This document shows positions 52,225 to 64,000 of a stretch of DNA of 64,000 bases, one piece after another. The notes beneath the pieces are model-generated. The model was not told the DNA's origin. It searched no databases and saw nothing but the letters and a program-made list of their open reading frames with translations. Source of the stretch: Octopus vulgaris. Lineage: Eukaryota. Made by a program: the position numbers and the translations under genes. Numbering within the stretch: the stretch's first letter is position 1; each line of letters opens with the position of its first letter. The DNA lies in assembly GCA_951406725.2 (NCBI GenBank), contig OX597823.1, positions 82,398,001-82,462,000 of the forward strand, read 5' to 3'.

Positions 52225-52960
52225 TTGCTGGTGAATGCCCGCCCCTGTATTCTAAACGTCGCTTCAGATGTGACTGGAGAAAATTTCCAATCCTTAGGTG
52301 AGCATCTAGCATCTAGCCCGTGTCATAAAATTTTCAATAGACACACGGTCAAACTGGTTTATTCCACTACGACAAATATTATTGAATATATCGCAATCAA
52401 ATCGTATAACTAAAAATACTACGTCCATTGACCGCCCATGTTATAGCAACACACTTAACGATTCAAATAAACATAATGCTATAAATAATGGAAGGGATCA
52501 ACGAATCATTATGCCTAATTCTAATAATAGAATTATTATCGATAATCGATCAGGACGCATTATACCTACCTTAATCGAATTAACTTTGTTTTACACTACC
52601 CACGAAATAAATCACTGTGTCTAATAAATTACCAATGCCTTATACAAAGTATAGTTTATAAGGGTTCTGTTACTGCCTTCGTAAACAACACGCTTATGGT
52701 GGGGCGTCATCTTCGTCACTCGCTCAAATCTACATTTAGTCATCAAAATAGCGTTAGTATTTACATATTTAGCTAAATTTATATATTCTCACACTGAAAT
52801 AACTCGAATATGCAATTGTTTTGCCCATCTATATTATTAACAGCATTATAAAGGTAGTAGTGTTTTGTGTGGGCTCTGTGCATCTCGAATCTACGTGATA
52901 AACTGATTATAAGGTATCATCTTAGAAATGAATCTTTCGTATGTAATATGTATACCGTAA
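52225..52960 (+). pseudogene. Heavily decayed Penelope-like element (linker and GIY-YIG region) of a different lineage from 20858
   Basis: HKIFNRHTVKLVYSTTTNI matches the KIFN.NT.K.SYS...N motif; downstream QCLIQSIVYKGSV and CGLC remnants with many stops. Confidence 0.6.
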
Positions 52961-53555
52961 CTTAAATTAAATTCTCAAACCTACGCTAATAAACTGTATG
53001 ACTTTGGTTAACGCACATAGACAGGATTATGATTCAGCTTCCCCTTTGTGATATATAGCGTATTTGAATACATTCTGTCTTCCCCTTATTATGTATAATT
53101 ACTTAGTAACTTTTTGATATTTAAAATACCACTCTCTCATACCAATAACATTTTACACCCTGAACTACTCTATTTAAGTAAGACTGAAGTTGTATCCCTT
53201 TCTAAACCACCCAACTAACACATACACACTTGGTTTAATTTTGCATTTTATTTATTTGAACTGATTTATATGAAATCTCACTGTTTATAATCCTCGTGGC
53301 AGATTTACCAAATAGAAGTGTTTACTCTGATATTTTATATATGTATGTGTGTATGTGTGTGCATTTGTATATATGCATACGCTTGTATATAAGTGCGCAT
53401 GTATGTATATATGTATATGTATAATTTTGAGCGCTTGCGTGTATACAGTCACGTATTTATACATGAAAGTCCGTACTATTTGGAACTTGTTCTGTAGGTG
53501 TGTACTTATATCTTTATAGATATGTATCGCATATATTGTGTGTGTGAGTGTGTGC

Positions 53556-53605
<50 letters not shown>

Positions 53606-53607
<2 letters not shown>

Positions 53608-54126
53608 CGGGAAGCTTTATGAAAATAAACAAAAGACGAAGGCAGGTGGAGTACAAACAAACAATTGTATTAGTATGGCGCTCAGGAATATAAATAAAAC
53701 AAGTCTTTTACGTTTCGAGCCTACGCTCTTCAGCAGAAAAATACACAGAAAAGAAACACGGAGAGAAACAAGGAGAGAAAAAAATGCGTACAGAAGCTAG
53801 CGATTCAACATGGCGATCTGATTCCGGCCAGAAGTCAGAAATCAGACGTAAGAGCGAAAGTAGGGGAGATAACGTGTGTGTATGAGAAAGTATGTAGTGC
53901 GTATGAAAGGTCTGGACGTGTGTATGTATGTATGATGTGATGTGTAATGTCGCATGGTGTAGTGTAGAGAGAGGAGATGAGGGGGAGAGGGGAGGAGGAG
54001 GGAGGAGAGATGAGGGGGTGAGAAGGGGAAAAGGAAAGAGGAGAAGAGGAGGGAGAAGAGGAAAGGTGAGAGTGAGGAGGGTGAGATGAGGGGGAGGGGA
54101 GAGGGGAGAAGGAAAGAAGGAGGGGG
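53606..54126 (-). mobile_element. Penelope-like 3' terminus with low-complexity UTR, in (TA)n
   Basis: Terminus homologous to 20858-21080 (CAAAAGACGAAG..AAGTCTTTTACGTTT.GAGCC..GCTAGCGA..CATGGCGA); (TA)n on both flanks. Confidence 0.8.
53705..53740 (-). ncRNA. Minimal hammerhead-like motif (A6 variant)
   Basis: uuuu-CUGCUGA-a gagc guag gcuc-GAAA-cg-UA/aaag; helix III reduced to the palindrome ACGU. Confidence 0.5.
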
Positions 54127-54244
54127 TATATATATATACACATACACACATACATATTTACACACATATATACACACATTATATATTATGTATGTATGTA
54201 TGTATGTATGCATGTATGTATGTATGTATGTATGTATGTATGTA

Positions 54245-54725
54245 GGCTAAGGTGTGGGTATGTGGCAAGAAGCTTGCTTCCCAACTACATGGTTCTCGGT
54301 TCAGTCCCACTGCGTGACACCTTGGGCGGGTGTCCCTTTCCATAGCCTCGGGCCGACCAGATCCTTGTGAGTGGATTTCGTAGAAGGAGTGGATTTCGTA
54401 GAAGGAGTGGATTTCGTAGAAGGAGTGGATTTCGTAGAAGGAAGCTGAAAGAAGTCTGTCTCATATATATATATATATATATACAATCTATGTGTGTGTG
54501 TGTGTGTGCATCTTTGTGTCTGTGTTTGTACCCAGTAACGCTTGACAACCGGTCTTAGTGTGCATAAGACTCGTAACGTAGCGGTTCGGCTGACGAGACG
54601 AAAACTAAGTGCCAAGTTTAACAAAAGATAAATTCTGGGGTTGATTCCTTCGATTAAAATTTCTTTAAGACGGTGCCCCAGCATGGTCGCAGAGGAACGA
54701 GTGACACAAGTAAAGGATAAAGGAT
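54245..54725 (+). mobile_element. SINE family B with an internal 4 x 18-bp tandem repeat
   Basis: GAGTGGATTTCGTAGAAG repeated four times at 54369-54440. Confidence 0.85.
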
Positions 54726-54759
54726 ATATATATATATATCATATTTTATATATACGCAT

Positions 54760-54922
54760 ATGCAGCTTGACAACCACCGTTGTCCCTGTAACCTAACGTT
54801 TCGGCAAAACGTACTAGGCTTAACAAGTAAGTGCTAGGGTTGATTTCTTCGCTTACAAGCCTTCGAGGCGATGCTCCAGCATGACTGCAGTCAAATGACT
54901 GAAATAAGTAAATAAATAAAAG
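54760..54922 (+). mobile_element. SINE family B 3' fragment
   Basis: GCTTGACAACC..GGCGATGCTCCAGCATGACTGCAGTCAAATGACTGAAA. Confidence 0.7.
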
Positions 54923-54923
54923 A

Positions 54924-54978
<55 letters not shown>

Positions 54979-55089
54979 TACAAACACACACATATGTGCA
55001 ACTCTGTATCTAAATATATATGTGAATATGTGATTCTATTTTTGTATTTATATTTAAAATCTGTACGTGTTTTATGTGTAATGTGTGCA

Positions 55090-55465
55090 TAAGCGAGGGA
55101 GTTGCTGTGTGGTAAGTAGCTTGCTTACCAAACACATGGTCAAATGACTTCTACTATAGACTCGGGCCGACCAAAACCTTGTGAATAGATTTGGTAGAAG
55201 GAAACTGAAAGAAGACCGTCGTATATATACATACATGTGTGTGTGTGTGTGTGTTTGTGTGTCTGTGTTTGTCCCCCAGCATCGCTTGACAACCGATGTT
55301 GGTGTGTTTACGACCCCGTAACTTAGCAGTTCGGCAAAAGTTACCAATAAAATAATTACTAAGCTTACAAAGAATAAGTCCTGGGGGCGATTTACTCGAC
55401 TGAAGGCTGTGCTCCAGCATGGCCGCAGTCAAAATGACTGAAACAATTGGAAGAATAAAAGAATA
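55090..55465 (+). mobile_element. SINE family B with an internal deletion of the B-box region
   Basis: Head GCTGTGTGGTAAGTAGCTTGCTTACCAA, body and tail as 37554. Confidence 0.85.
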
Positions 55466-56119
55466 AATGAATATATATGCACGTGTTTGTGTGTGTGTGT
55501 GTATTTATGTTTATTTGTATGTATATATGCATATGTAGATGTTTTTTTTCCATGTGGTGTGTGCGTACTTGGTGGAATCTAGATGAATACAGTGTATGAA
55601 AAGCGTATTAAGGTGTGGTTGCTCTGAGTGTGAGATTCTTGAAAGTTCAAATTCCTTGTGTAGATGTTTGGTGACCTTAGTTGACATTCTATTGAAGCTT
55701 ATTACTGTAGAACAATTTCTTGGCATTCTGCTGACCTCCCAGGGTGGATGCAGTCATCCATGAATTCTATAGAATCTTTAAATTATCAGCCATTTAATCC
55801 ACCATCTCCCCACCTGTGTAATTACTGTTCTAAAAATATTTTTTCCATTTTATTTTGCACATATTTTTATGTTATTTTATTTCTACTTCATTTGTTATTT
55901 TAATTTTCTTGATCTCTTATAGTTCCTTGTTATTTGACTTCAATTGACGATGGTGAATCCTTTAATTTCATTTAGCACTTTATCTTAATCGACATGAAGG
56001 TGTTTAAATGTGAAGACATTTTTTCTAGAATAATAGAGCTGCTATTTATTTTTCCCGACCAAATGAATATAATTTTATGCAGTTTCGGCCTTCCATACTT
56101 TGCACATATTAGTTCCAAC

Positions 56120-56325
56120 TTTTTCCACAAGGCCAACGATTTTGAGGGAAGGATTAAATCGATTACATCGATCTCATTAATCAGCTGGTACTTATTTTAT
56201 CACCCCAAAAAGGACGAAAGGCAAAGTGAACCTCAACGGATTTTGAACTCAGACCGTAAAGATGAACGAAATGCCACTAAGTAGTTTGCCCAGTGTTCTA
56301 ACGATTCTGCCAGCACGCTATCTTA
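56120..56325 (-). mobile_element. SINE family A, diverged
   Basis: CTGGTACTTATTTTATCACCCCAAAAAGGACGAAAGGCAAAGTGAACCTC..TTTGAACTCAGA. Confidence 0.75.
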
Positions 56326-57249
56326 ATATTTTGCATGTATCAAAAACGTATGTATTATTCCACTCATATTCATAATATTCATATTTATGTTTAATATCAT
56401 TCACCATCTTGCATTGAGAATCAACTTCAGATTATTATATATTTTATTAATATTTGTAAGTGCATGATTTGTTATCATTGAAATAGATTATTATCACCAG
56501 CCCATGCCTAACAGAATTTCCATAATATGAATAGGATAATATTACCTATTTTAGTTTGATACCTATATTTTATATCACACACGACTTCAGTCAGGTTTTT
56601 AAATCTATAATTGATTTATCATTGGATACTCAGAGTTACATAGTATTGTGCAGTATTAACAAAGTTTCGTTTTTTTCATCAAAATATCTGACACCAGAGT
56701 CGTTTTTAAGATTATTAAGTATCATATTTGAGTCTAATCTGACGATGTACTAATTATTCTAAGAAATGTTTGGTTTTGGAATTAGTATATTTGGTCTGGC
56801 GAAAAGTAACTACTTAACATTAGATTCGTATTAAAATCCATACACCTTTCAAAGATATTTCTTTGAATTTGGAATACCTCATTGAATGTATTAGTGAACT
56901 TGGCTTATAAAGCTTACAAATTATCGTTTATTTTTTTCACCATCCCTTTTGATCGAAATTCGACCCATTTTTTTTCCTTCTCTTCTTCCCAAAAAGAAAA
57001 CCTCTACTTTGAATTTTATATATATTAACCGAATTTTGTTCCTTCTGTGTTCAGCCCTGCGTGGCTAATAAAGAAATCTATCGCAATCTGGCCAGAGACA
57101 GATGGAACGTAATTAGGCGGGTTGCTGTCCCTATAGTATTCTATTCTAAAAATTTGACTGGACAATTTCTCAGGGTATTCCTCGTAAAATTCATCGATTT
57201 TAGTCTATTATATTATATTACTCTTTACCACAATACTACAATAATACAG

Positions 57250-57803
57250 TATTAAATCTCAGAGCGAGATGTAAACAGTAACCGCTCAACAACGTAAAGT
57301 ATAAAAGCCATCTCAATATGGCTAACCACAAAGTGGGGGCGTTACTGTAGCTTTTAGCCCCAGGAGATCGACGTCTCCAGCTGGCTTTAGACACACTTTC
57401 TGTGCCCTTCAGGTATTTGCAAAGGGAAGTCATCCCTTCCTCGTAAGCCTTAGTGATACGCACCGGACCGCGGTTTCGAGATTATTGTCTCTTATCAACG
57501 GGCGGTAACCACCAGGTCACGATGAAAGGCAAGGCTTGCTTTGCAAATATATAAGAGTTTTTCTAGTGACGTCTGCCACTGATTTCGAAAAACTGACTGT
57601 AAGCATTATTAAATCTCAGAGCGAGATGTAAACAGTAACCGCTCAACAACGTAAAGTATAAAAGCCATCTCAATTTGCAAATACCTGAAGAGCACAGAAA
57701 GTGTGTCTAAAGCCAGCTGGCGACGTCGATCTTCTGGGGCTAAAAGCTACAGTAACATCCCCACTTTGTGGTTAGCCATATTGAGATGGCTTTTATATTT
57801 TAC
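57250..57803 (-). mobile_element. Non-coding Penelope-like/retrozyme-like element: 357-bp unit, 68-bp terminal redundancy, ~130-bp inverted end
   Basis: Direct repeats 57250-57317 and 57607-57674; 57674-57803 is the reverse complement of ~57294-57423. Confidence 0.85.
57459..57504 (-). ncRNA. Type I hammerhead ribozyme, U3-A8 variant
   Basis: cgcccg-UUGAUAA-gaga caauaa ucuc-GAAA-ccgcgg-UC/cggugcg; perfect palindromic helix III ACCGCGGU, GUC site. Confidence 0.8.
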
Positions 57804-58309
57804 ATACCTAGTATGTCGAAACTAAAGTTTATTATAAGTAATAAAGTAGTATAACTCTATCATATATATTCCTTTTCCGTTTGACCACAACTGATCTGTT
57901 CAGGCATGATTCACTCGCCTTTTCTTCAACTCAGGATTCGTTTTTCCACCTTTGTTATATTCTTCTGTTGATCTTTCCGTCTCAGCACTTTCTTTTTCTG
58001 GTCCTTTTGGACACTATTTTCCATTGTGTTACACATATCTTGTTCTAATCCTGTCTTAGAGCGGAACGGCCTTTATTTTGTATATATATTTATATTCATA
58101 ACAACCACCTGTGTGGTGTTTCTTTCCCCCACTGTCCTTTAGGTTCGCTCATTATCCGCAGCAGCTTTTTGCTGCAAACACCACCATCTGTTCCCGTTAA
58201 AGGCACGAAATTACTATGATTTCGGGGCTATAACTTACAAGGAAAGAGCATGTCCATGTCATGCGTGTTCCGTTAATTCCTTTGTCGTCCTCCTGTGCCT
58301 TTTTGAATC

Positions 58310-58344
<35 letters not shown>

Positions 58345-58346
<2 letters not shown>

Positions 58347-58418
58347 TCATTGCCTAACAGCTGTTTCTGCTATAAGTGGACTCATCGGGACCGGGAATAT
58401 TTCTTTGTCATCTCCCAA

Positions 58419-58420
<2 letters not shown>
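58345..58420 (-). mobile_element. ~75-bp insert between two (TA)n tracts with a degenerate hammerhead
   Basis: CCGAUGA..CAGAAACAGCUGUUAG; palindromic ACAGCUGU as in 38124, but helices I and II do not pair well. Confidence 0.45.
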
Positions 58421-58483
<63 letters not shown>

Positions 58484-59639
58484 TCAACCTTTATTTCAAT
58501 GCATACATTGAAACATCATTATTGTAGTGATCTTTATTTTCTCTTATTTCATTTCTTTAATCAAAACTTAATTATCTTAACTTTTACAAAACTCTTGCTT
58601 ACACGGATTTGAAATTTGTAGTAAAAAGTGCAAGAAATCTTGCGTACAAACTATATGTAAGAAATGTGAGAAAAGTAGATTCATCAACAATATTCTCTTA
58701 AACAGTCTTAAACAATATTCTCTTAAATAGTGTAATATATCATCTTTCCTCAATGAAGCACATAAAACTGTAGTTTCTTAGGGCGAATTATACATTTTTT
58801 GTTACATCAAATCAATATCACGTGCGAATATAGAACACTCATCAAACAACATTAAATAACAACACATTTTAAAAATAACATAACTCAGTTGTAAAGTTTT
58901 TATCATATTTTAATAATCCTCTTTATCGCAATGAAATTCAAAAACGTTGTTCTTTGTTGGGTTTATCAATTACTTGTAGCAATGATCTTTGAGTTGTAAT
59001 CTCAAGCATCACAGATTAAGTAATCGAAATTGTTAATTACAAAATTGTGAGAAGGAAGAGAAAGAAAAAAATTGATAAAGTAAAATAGAATTTGCGAAAC
59101 AAATTAAGAAAATGGAATTACCAAAATATTCTACCAATAGAAGAAAAAAAAAAGCAACTCCTCTTTAAAACATTGCACTTATTGTACCATGTGTAATCAA
59201 AGAAAATCTGAATGATCCCGATTTAAAAAGAGAAAAATTATAAAGAAAGAATATAAATTTGTTTCAAAATATAAAACTAACATAATTTTAACAAAATCAA
59301 CACATTGTTTTACTTACAAGGGAAATACATTTGCAGCGTTTGAAAATATATAACAACCGTCAAACGCTTTGTTTCAGTCTTGTATAAAATATTGATTTTA
59401 ACCGATAATTTTAACCAATAATAAAGTTCATGTTTTCGAAAGTTTCCTAGTTGGTGAAATATCTTATACTGGGTTGGTCTAATATTATATAACAGTTCTT
59501 TTATTTATAAATTATTTTAAAAGCTAAGCTGAAATTATTTATTTATATTAATTTCCATCTTTTCGCTGTTGCAGTGTTGCAAGGTGTAGGCACAATGGTT
59601 AAAAGTCCTTAGAGTTAACAATAATGAGGGCTATAATAA

Positions 59640-59641
59640 CT

Positions 59642-59673
<32 letters not shown>

Positions 59674-59764
59674 GAATACTTGTCCTATGTATGAATGTAT
59701 ATATATATGTGTGTGTGTGTGTATGCATGGTGTATAATTTCATAATATTCGACTCTGTGGGTGT

Positions 59765-59845
<81 letters not shown>
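59640..59845. repeat. (TAA)n and (TG)n microsatellites
   Basis: Read directly. Confidence 0.95.
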
Positions 59846-59848
<3 letters not shown>

Positions 59849-60003
59849 TTTAAAAGCCTGAAACGGCACTATTTGCTGCTACAAAACTGATACATCCCGT
59901 TTACCCACCCATAATGTATTGTAATTCCGATACTTTTCTAAGTATGCCTATATATAGGTAGATAGACTGTTGAGAAAGCGATGGTAGCAAGCAGTATGAA
60001 GCT

Positions 60004-60048
<45 letters not shown>

Positions 60049-61864
60049 GTAGCTATGTATCTATATATGCGTGTGTAGAGAAATATATTGCTAAGAACAG
60101 TAATGCAATGTCGTTTCACATGAAATTACTTTAATTTGTTTTGCTAGACAGTGGTGTACGCTTTATGATTAAGTTGGCGAAGGTAAATGGCTATGCAAAT
60201 CTTCATTCCTTCCCCATTTATCAACGTAATCGTGAAAGAGAAGAAAAAAGAAGACAAGCGAGAAATGAGTCCAGAAACAGGTTGGCTGCAAACTAAATCT
60301 TATCATTATATGCAATTTTTAAAGTGCAACGCAACAGCTTCGATAATGACTCATGTAAAGTTAGAAATAGACACCATGTCGCCAGATAACGAGAGTTAAT
60401 TAGAGTTTAGCTTATTGGAATTCTAATTTACCTTTAATTGTCATAAAATTAACTGAAAGAAGTTTAACTCCTGATTCCCGTAGCTGAGTATATTATAGCT
60501 GAGACATGGTAGTTTTATCTCTATCTCTTAAGGGTCTATTTGCCAATTCTATCTTGGTTATTATAGGAACTTTCGTTTCCTATTATATTATAATCATCGC
60601 CTCTTTCCATCATAATTACTGGACTGTATGCATTTTATGCAAATACACGGACGGATAATTAAGAATGTTGTAACCCAGCAGGTTATGCACACGACTCTTT
60701 TATTATATTCTTCTAGAAAGTTTCGATGGCGACTTTAGTAGTTATAACGCGCCATAATAGTATGTTTAATATTACCTTAAGAATCAGTGTGATTAACGTG
60801 TATATAATATATATACATATACATGTATATATATATATATACTTATATATAATATATATAGCTGTTAACTTAACTCGAAAAGGTTGCATATAAACCTATT
60901 TCACTATAGTTACTTACAGATATTACAACCGGGATAACTTCATTTGAATGAAATATTTAGTAAACTAGTATATGTCATTCAAATTTAGTTTCGATTTTCA
61001 TGTATTTTTGTTCAAAGCGACTGAAATATACTGAGGTACGGTACAATTCAATCGAACATAAAAGGACGTAGTTTACGTCTTCGAATGCCATACTTCAAAC
61101 AAAATATATTTGATCCTTCTAGACACAAACAGTCCTTATCCACCGTGGATTCCAATTTGAATATTCAACGTAGACTTTGCATTAGACCTTAGAAGATTCA
61201 TATACTCTGTTTAAGAATGTACATATGTACATATCCGATGAAAATTATTAATACGCATATATGTGTTTGTGCGAGTTTGTGTGAGATGTTAATATATATA
61301 TGTAAATATTTGTTTGTATGTGCATGTTGGAAATGTGAGTGAATATCTAAATGCTCGAAATGAGCAATCATCTGCTAGTGTAACTTATATCAATCCTAGA
61401 TATTTCAATTTAATTTTTGTATTAGCTCAAGGCTGTAGCAATTTAAAATACATACATATTAACCCACAAAACATGATAAAGTGTATGTATGTATCAGTAT
61501 GTGTGTGAATGAATGAGTGTGTATGGGTACGTGCTTGTGCGTGTATGTGTGTTTAAGAGAGAGAATAAGTACTCTAGCGGGGTGCAAGTTTGTTTTATAA
61601 GTTGTTTGGCACACAGATTAAAAAGGTTATAAACTATGACTAAAGATTATATTTCTATGAATATCGGCCTTTGGTCAACAGCAGAATTTCTATGGAAAAA
61701 AAGAAAATATTTCCGCAGAAATCTTATATGTCTATATTTGTTTAAATACTACAAGGCTTTGAAGCCATGATTTGGGAATGAACAAGAAGCATGGGTATTG
61801 TAGAATATTTTTGTAACAACGAAAACCGACCAATTATATTTGTTTTATTTTAATTTTGTGAGCA

Positions 61865-61917
<53 letters not shown>

Positions 61918-61940
61918 CAATAATAACAATAACAAATAAT
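61865..61940. repeat. (AAT)n/(AAC)n microsatellite
   Basis: Read directly. Confidence 0.95.
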
Positions 61941-63594
61941 CATAGAAAGAAAATAATCTAGTACTTTTGTCTTAATGGCAACTTAAAAAGCTAAGATAGT
62001 ATTCCATAGTTGTTAGGAACACTAATAACAGAGACACTTCTGCAGTATTTTCAAGAAGTAAATCTTATGTTATAACTGTTCAGGATTGCCACAAAATGGA
62101 CGAATCCTACATGTAGTGATATAAGATATAATATATCACTCACTATCAGACGGTTGAAGAATTCTGGGTAGATCCACAATAGAATGGTATTTTATCAAGA
62201 TTTCTCGAAAGGCAATTAACTTATAAAGAGTTTCCTCTTATATGATTATCACAGGGTTAAGACTTTCGATGTTGTAAAGCGGGGTCAAAATATCTGATAA
62301 ATGGCATTGAGAAAATAACTTCAACATAGTTTCAATTTATCTCAAACCAACTAATTCTCTGATAGGGTTTGAAATTTAGTTTACATTATATATTTATTCT
62401 CGCCTTTGGAATGATCTAACAAACGGACTTGGATTCAGTAAGGACGGGTTTGATGGCTGAGTTTTAAAGTTTTTAGTTCAGTCATTGAAAGTAAGAAAAA
62501 AAATAGGGGTTCGTTGGTTAATTTATCACAGTATGAATAATCTTCGTCATAACCAACAAAGGCAATACAGTGAAAATATTGATGTCAGGCCTTTACGTTT
62601 GTATATATGGCCATTAATAAAAAAAAAAGACAATGAAAAACCCTATTTGTTTATTTGTAATGTGGTATACGTTTACATCTTTCATGAACATATATTTGAA
62701 ATATTCAGGCTATGGATTTCTCATATCTAAACCTTAATTGAAAACGTTTCCTGAAGATAATAATTTGTTTACAATCAACTCATAGCAGATTTAAGAATTA
62801 ACTTATTATTGCTGTTTTCTTTTAAATAAAATACATTTCTTATTAACATTTTATGAATTCATCCTCAGTTATTATGCATCAAAACGCATTTATAAAAATA
62901 ACTATTATTATCCTTATTGTTATTATTATTATTATTGTTCAAATCATTAATATTATTATTGAACGCATTATACTTATACTGGAAGTCCTATAAATATAAT
63001 CCATTAGCTCATTTTCTTTTCTTCGAATATGGGATATAACCAAGAAAAGGAAAATACAACGGCATCGGAAAATGTTAAACTTATAATTGCGAACTGTTTT
63101 TTTCTATATGAATGAGCTTAGGTTGTTGATTTTTTTTCATCTATATAGGCTTACTTATTGATGAAGAATAGTTTTATGTTTGAGCTATATTTGGGCAAAA
63201 ACAGAAAAGGAACTTTGTTTATTGAGGGCAAAATATAAATCTGATGTGGAGAGTTTAGTGCCAATCTCTGATTGGGTAATGAATAAGCTTATAAAAATCA
63301 CGCCATTTACTAACATGAAATAATTAGCAACTACTACTGTTTTGTTTAAAGTCTGCCTGCCAATTACGTTTCTTCTTTTCATGTTATTGAAATTGAAACT
63401 TTTAAATTTGTAAACAAAATAATTAAGCTGAACAAAAGATTGCTACATTTTGTTTTTTATTCTACAAAAAGTTACGTATGTCTTATTTTTTATTAGAGAA
63501 TATTGAAATATTTTTATTAATATGATTTAAATTACAGTACAAAGTGTTCATAGTAAACTACTATACTTGGGAGAATATATAAAACTAAGCAATC

Positions 63595-63638
<44 letters not shown>

Positions 63639-64000
63639 TATATATTCATTATGTGTCTCTAACAATATTTGATCACCCTTTCCACATTGGATCGGACAAA
63701 TTCTTTGAAGGAGTTGTATTACCATAAACCTAACATGAGCTTTCATACAGTACTAAGCTAAGCATAATTTGCGATATAACGCGAAATGTATTTTACTGTG
63801 TCATTGTAAAGAAGGCTAAACATCTTTCGGTCCGTAGCGAATATAGAGAAAAATGTCATACGAAAATATGGTCATTAACATCCATTTTATATAGAAGTAT
63901 GTCCTACTCATTGTAAGTAAAACGAAACACCTTATGGTTTGCGTTGCAAAACAACTTTAAGTCATAGACTCTAAAGTCATTAAAGATTTTTACAGAGATT

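Noticed and set aside
54369-54440. Four exact 18-bp repeats, superficially CRISPR-like
   Set aside because: No spacers and no cas genes; a slippage duplication inside a SINE B copy.
57682-57712. Plus-strand CTGAAGA..GAAA..GTC resembling a hammerhead
   Set aside because: Helices I and III do not pair; it is the GCACA-GAAA-GTGTG hairpin within the inverted end.
58085-58310. Segment between TA tracts with small hairpins, possibly a plus-strand Penelope-like terminus
   Set aside because: No hammerhead core or homology to other elements was recognised; it should be rechecked because it bears on the strand-bias claim.
60187-60399. 70-aa ATG-initiated ORF in unique sequence
   Set aside because: No recognisable domain or splice support, and the length is expected by chance.

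Overview
Eukaryotic, AT-rich, repeat-saturated DNA with no intact protein-coding gene. Almost every long ORF in the track is a translation of (TA)n, (CA)n, (TAC)n or GA-rich repeats. The repeat content (very long microsatellites, several tRNA-derived SINE families, decayed CR1, RTE, CRE, R4/Dong and Penelope retroelements, Helitrons, mariner/hAT/pogo/piggyBac remnants) resembles an octopod cephalopod genome; this is inferred, not proven. The main signal is a set of short elements, mostly embedded in (TA)n, with Penelope-like architecture (terminal direct repeat and/or inverted end). Seven carry well-formed type I hammerhead ribozyme motifs and about four carry variant or degenerate ones. All are on the minus strand, most have palindromic or near-palindromic helix III, and the tertiary 3-8 core pair occurs as C-G, U-A and G-C. 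Other points: SINEs with swapped heads and tails (two with target-site duplications), a SINE whose tail matches a local CR1 3' end, SINE-internal microsatellites hosting nested insertions, and one candidate plus-strand exon. All alignments and folds were done by eye, so boundaries of degenerate repeats are approximate.
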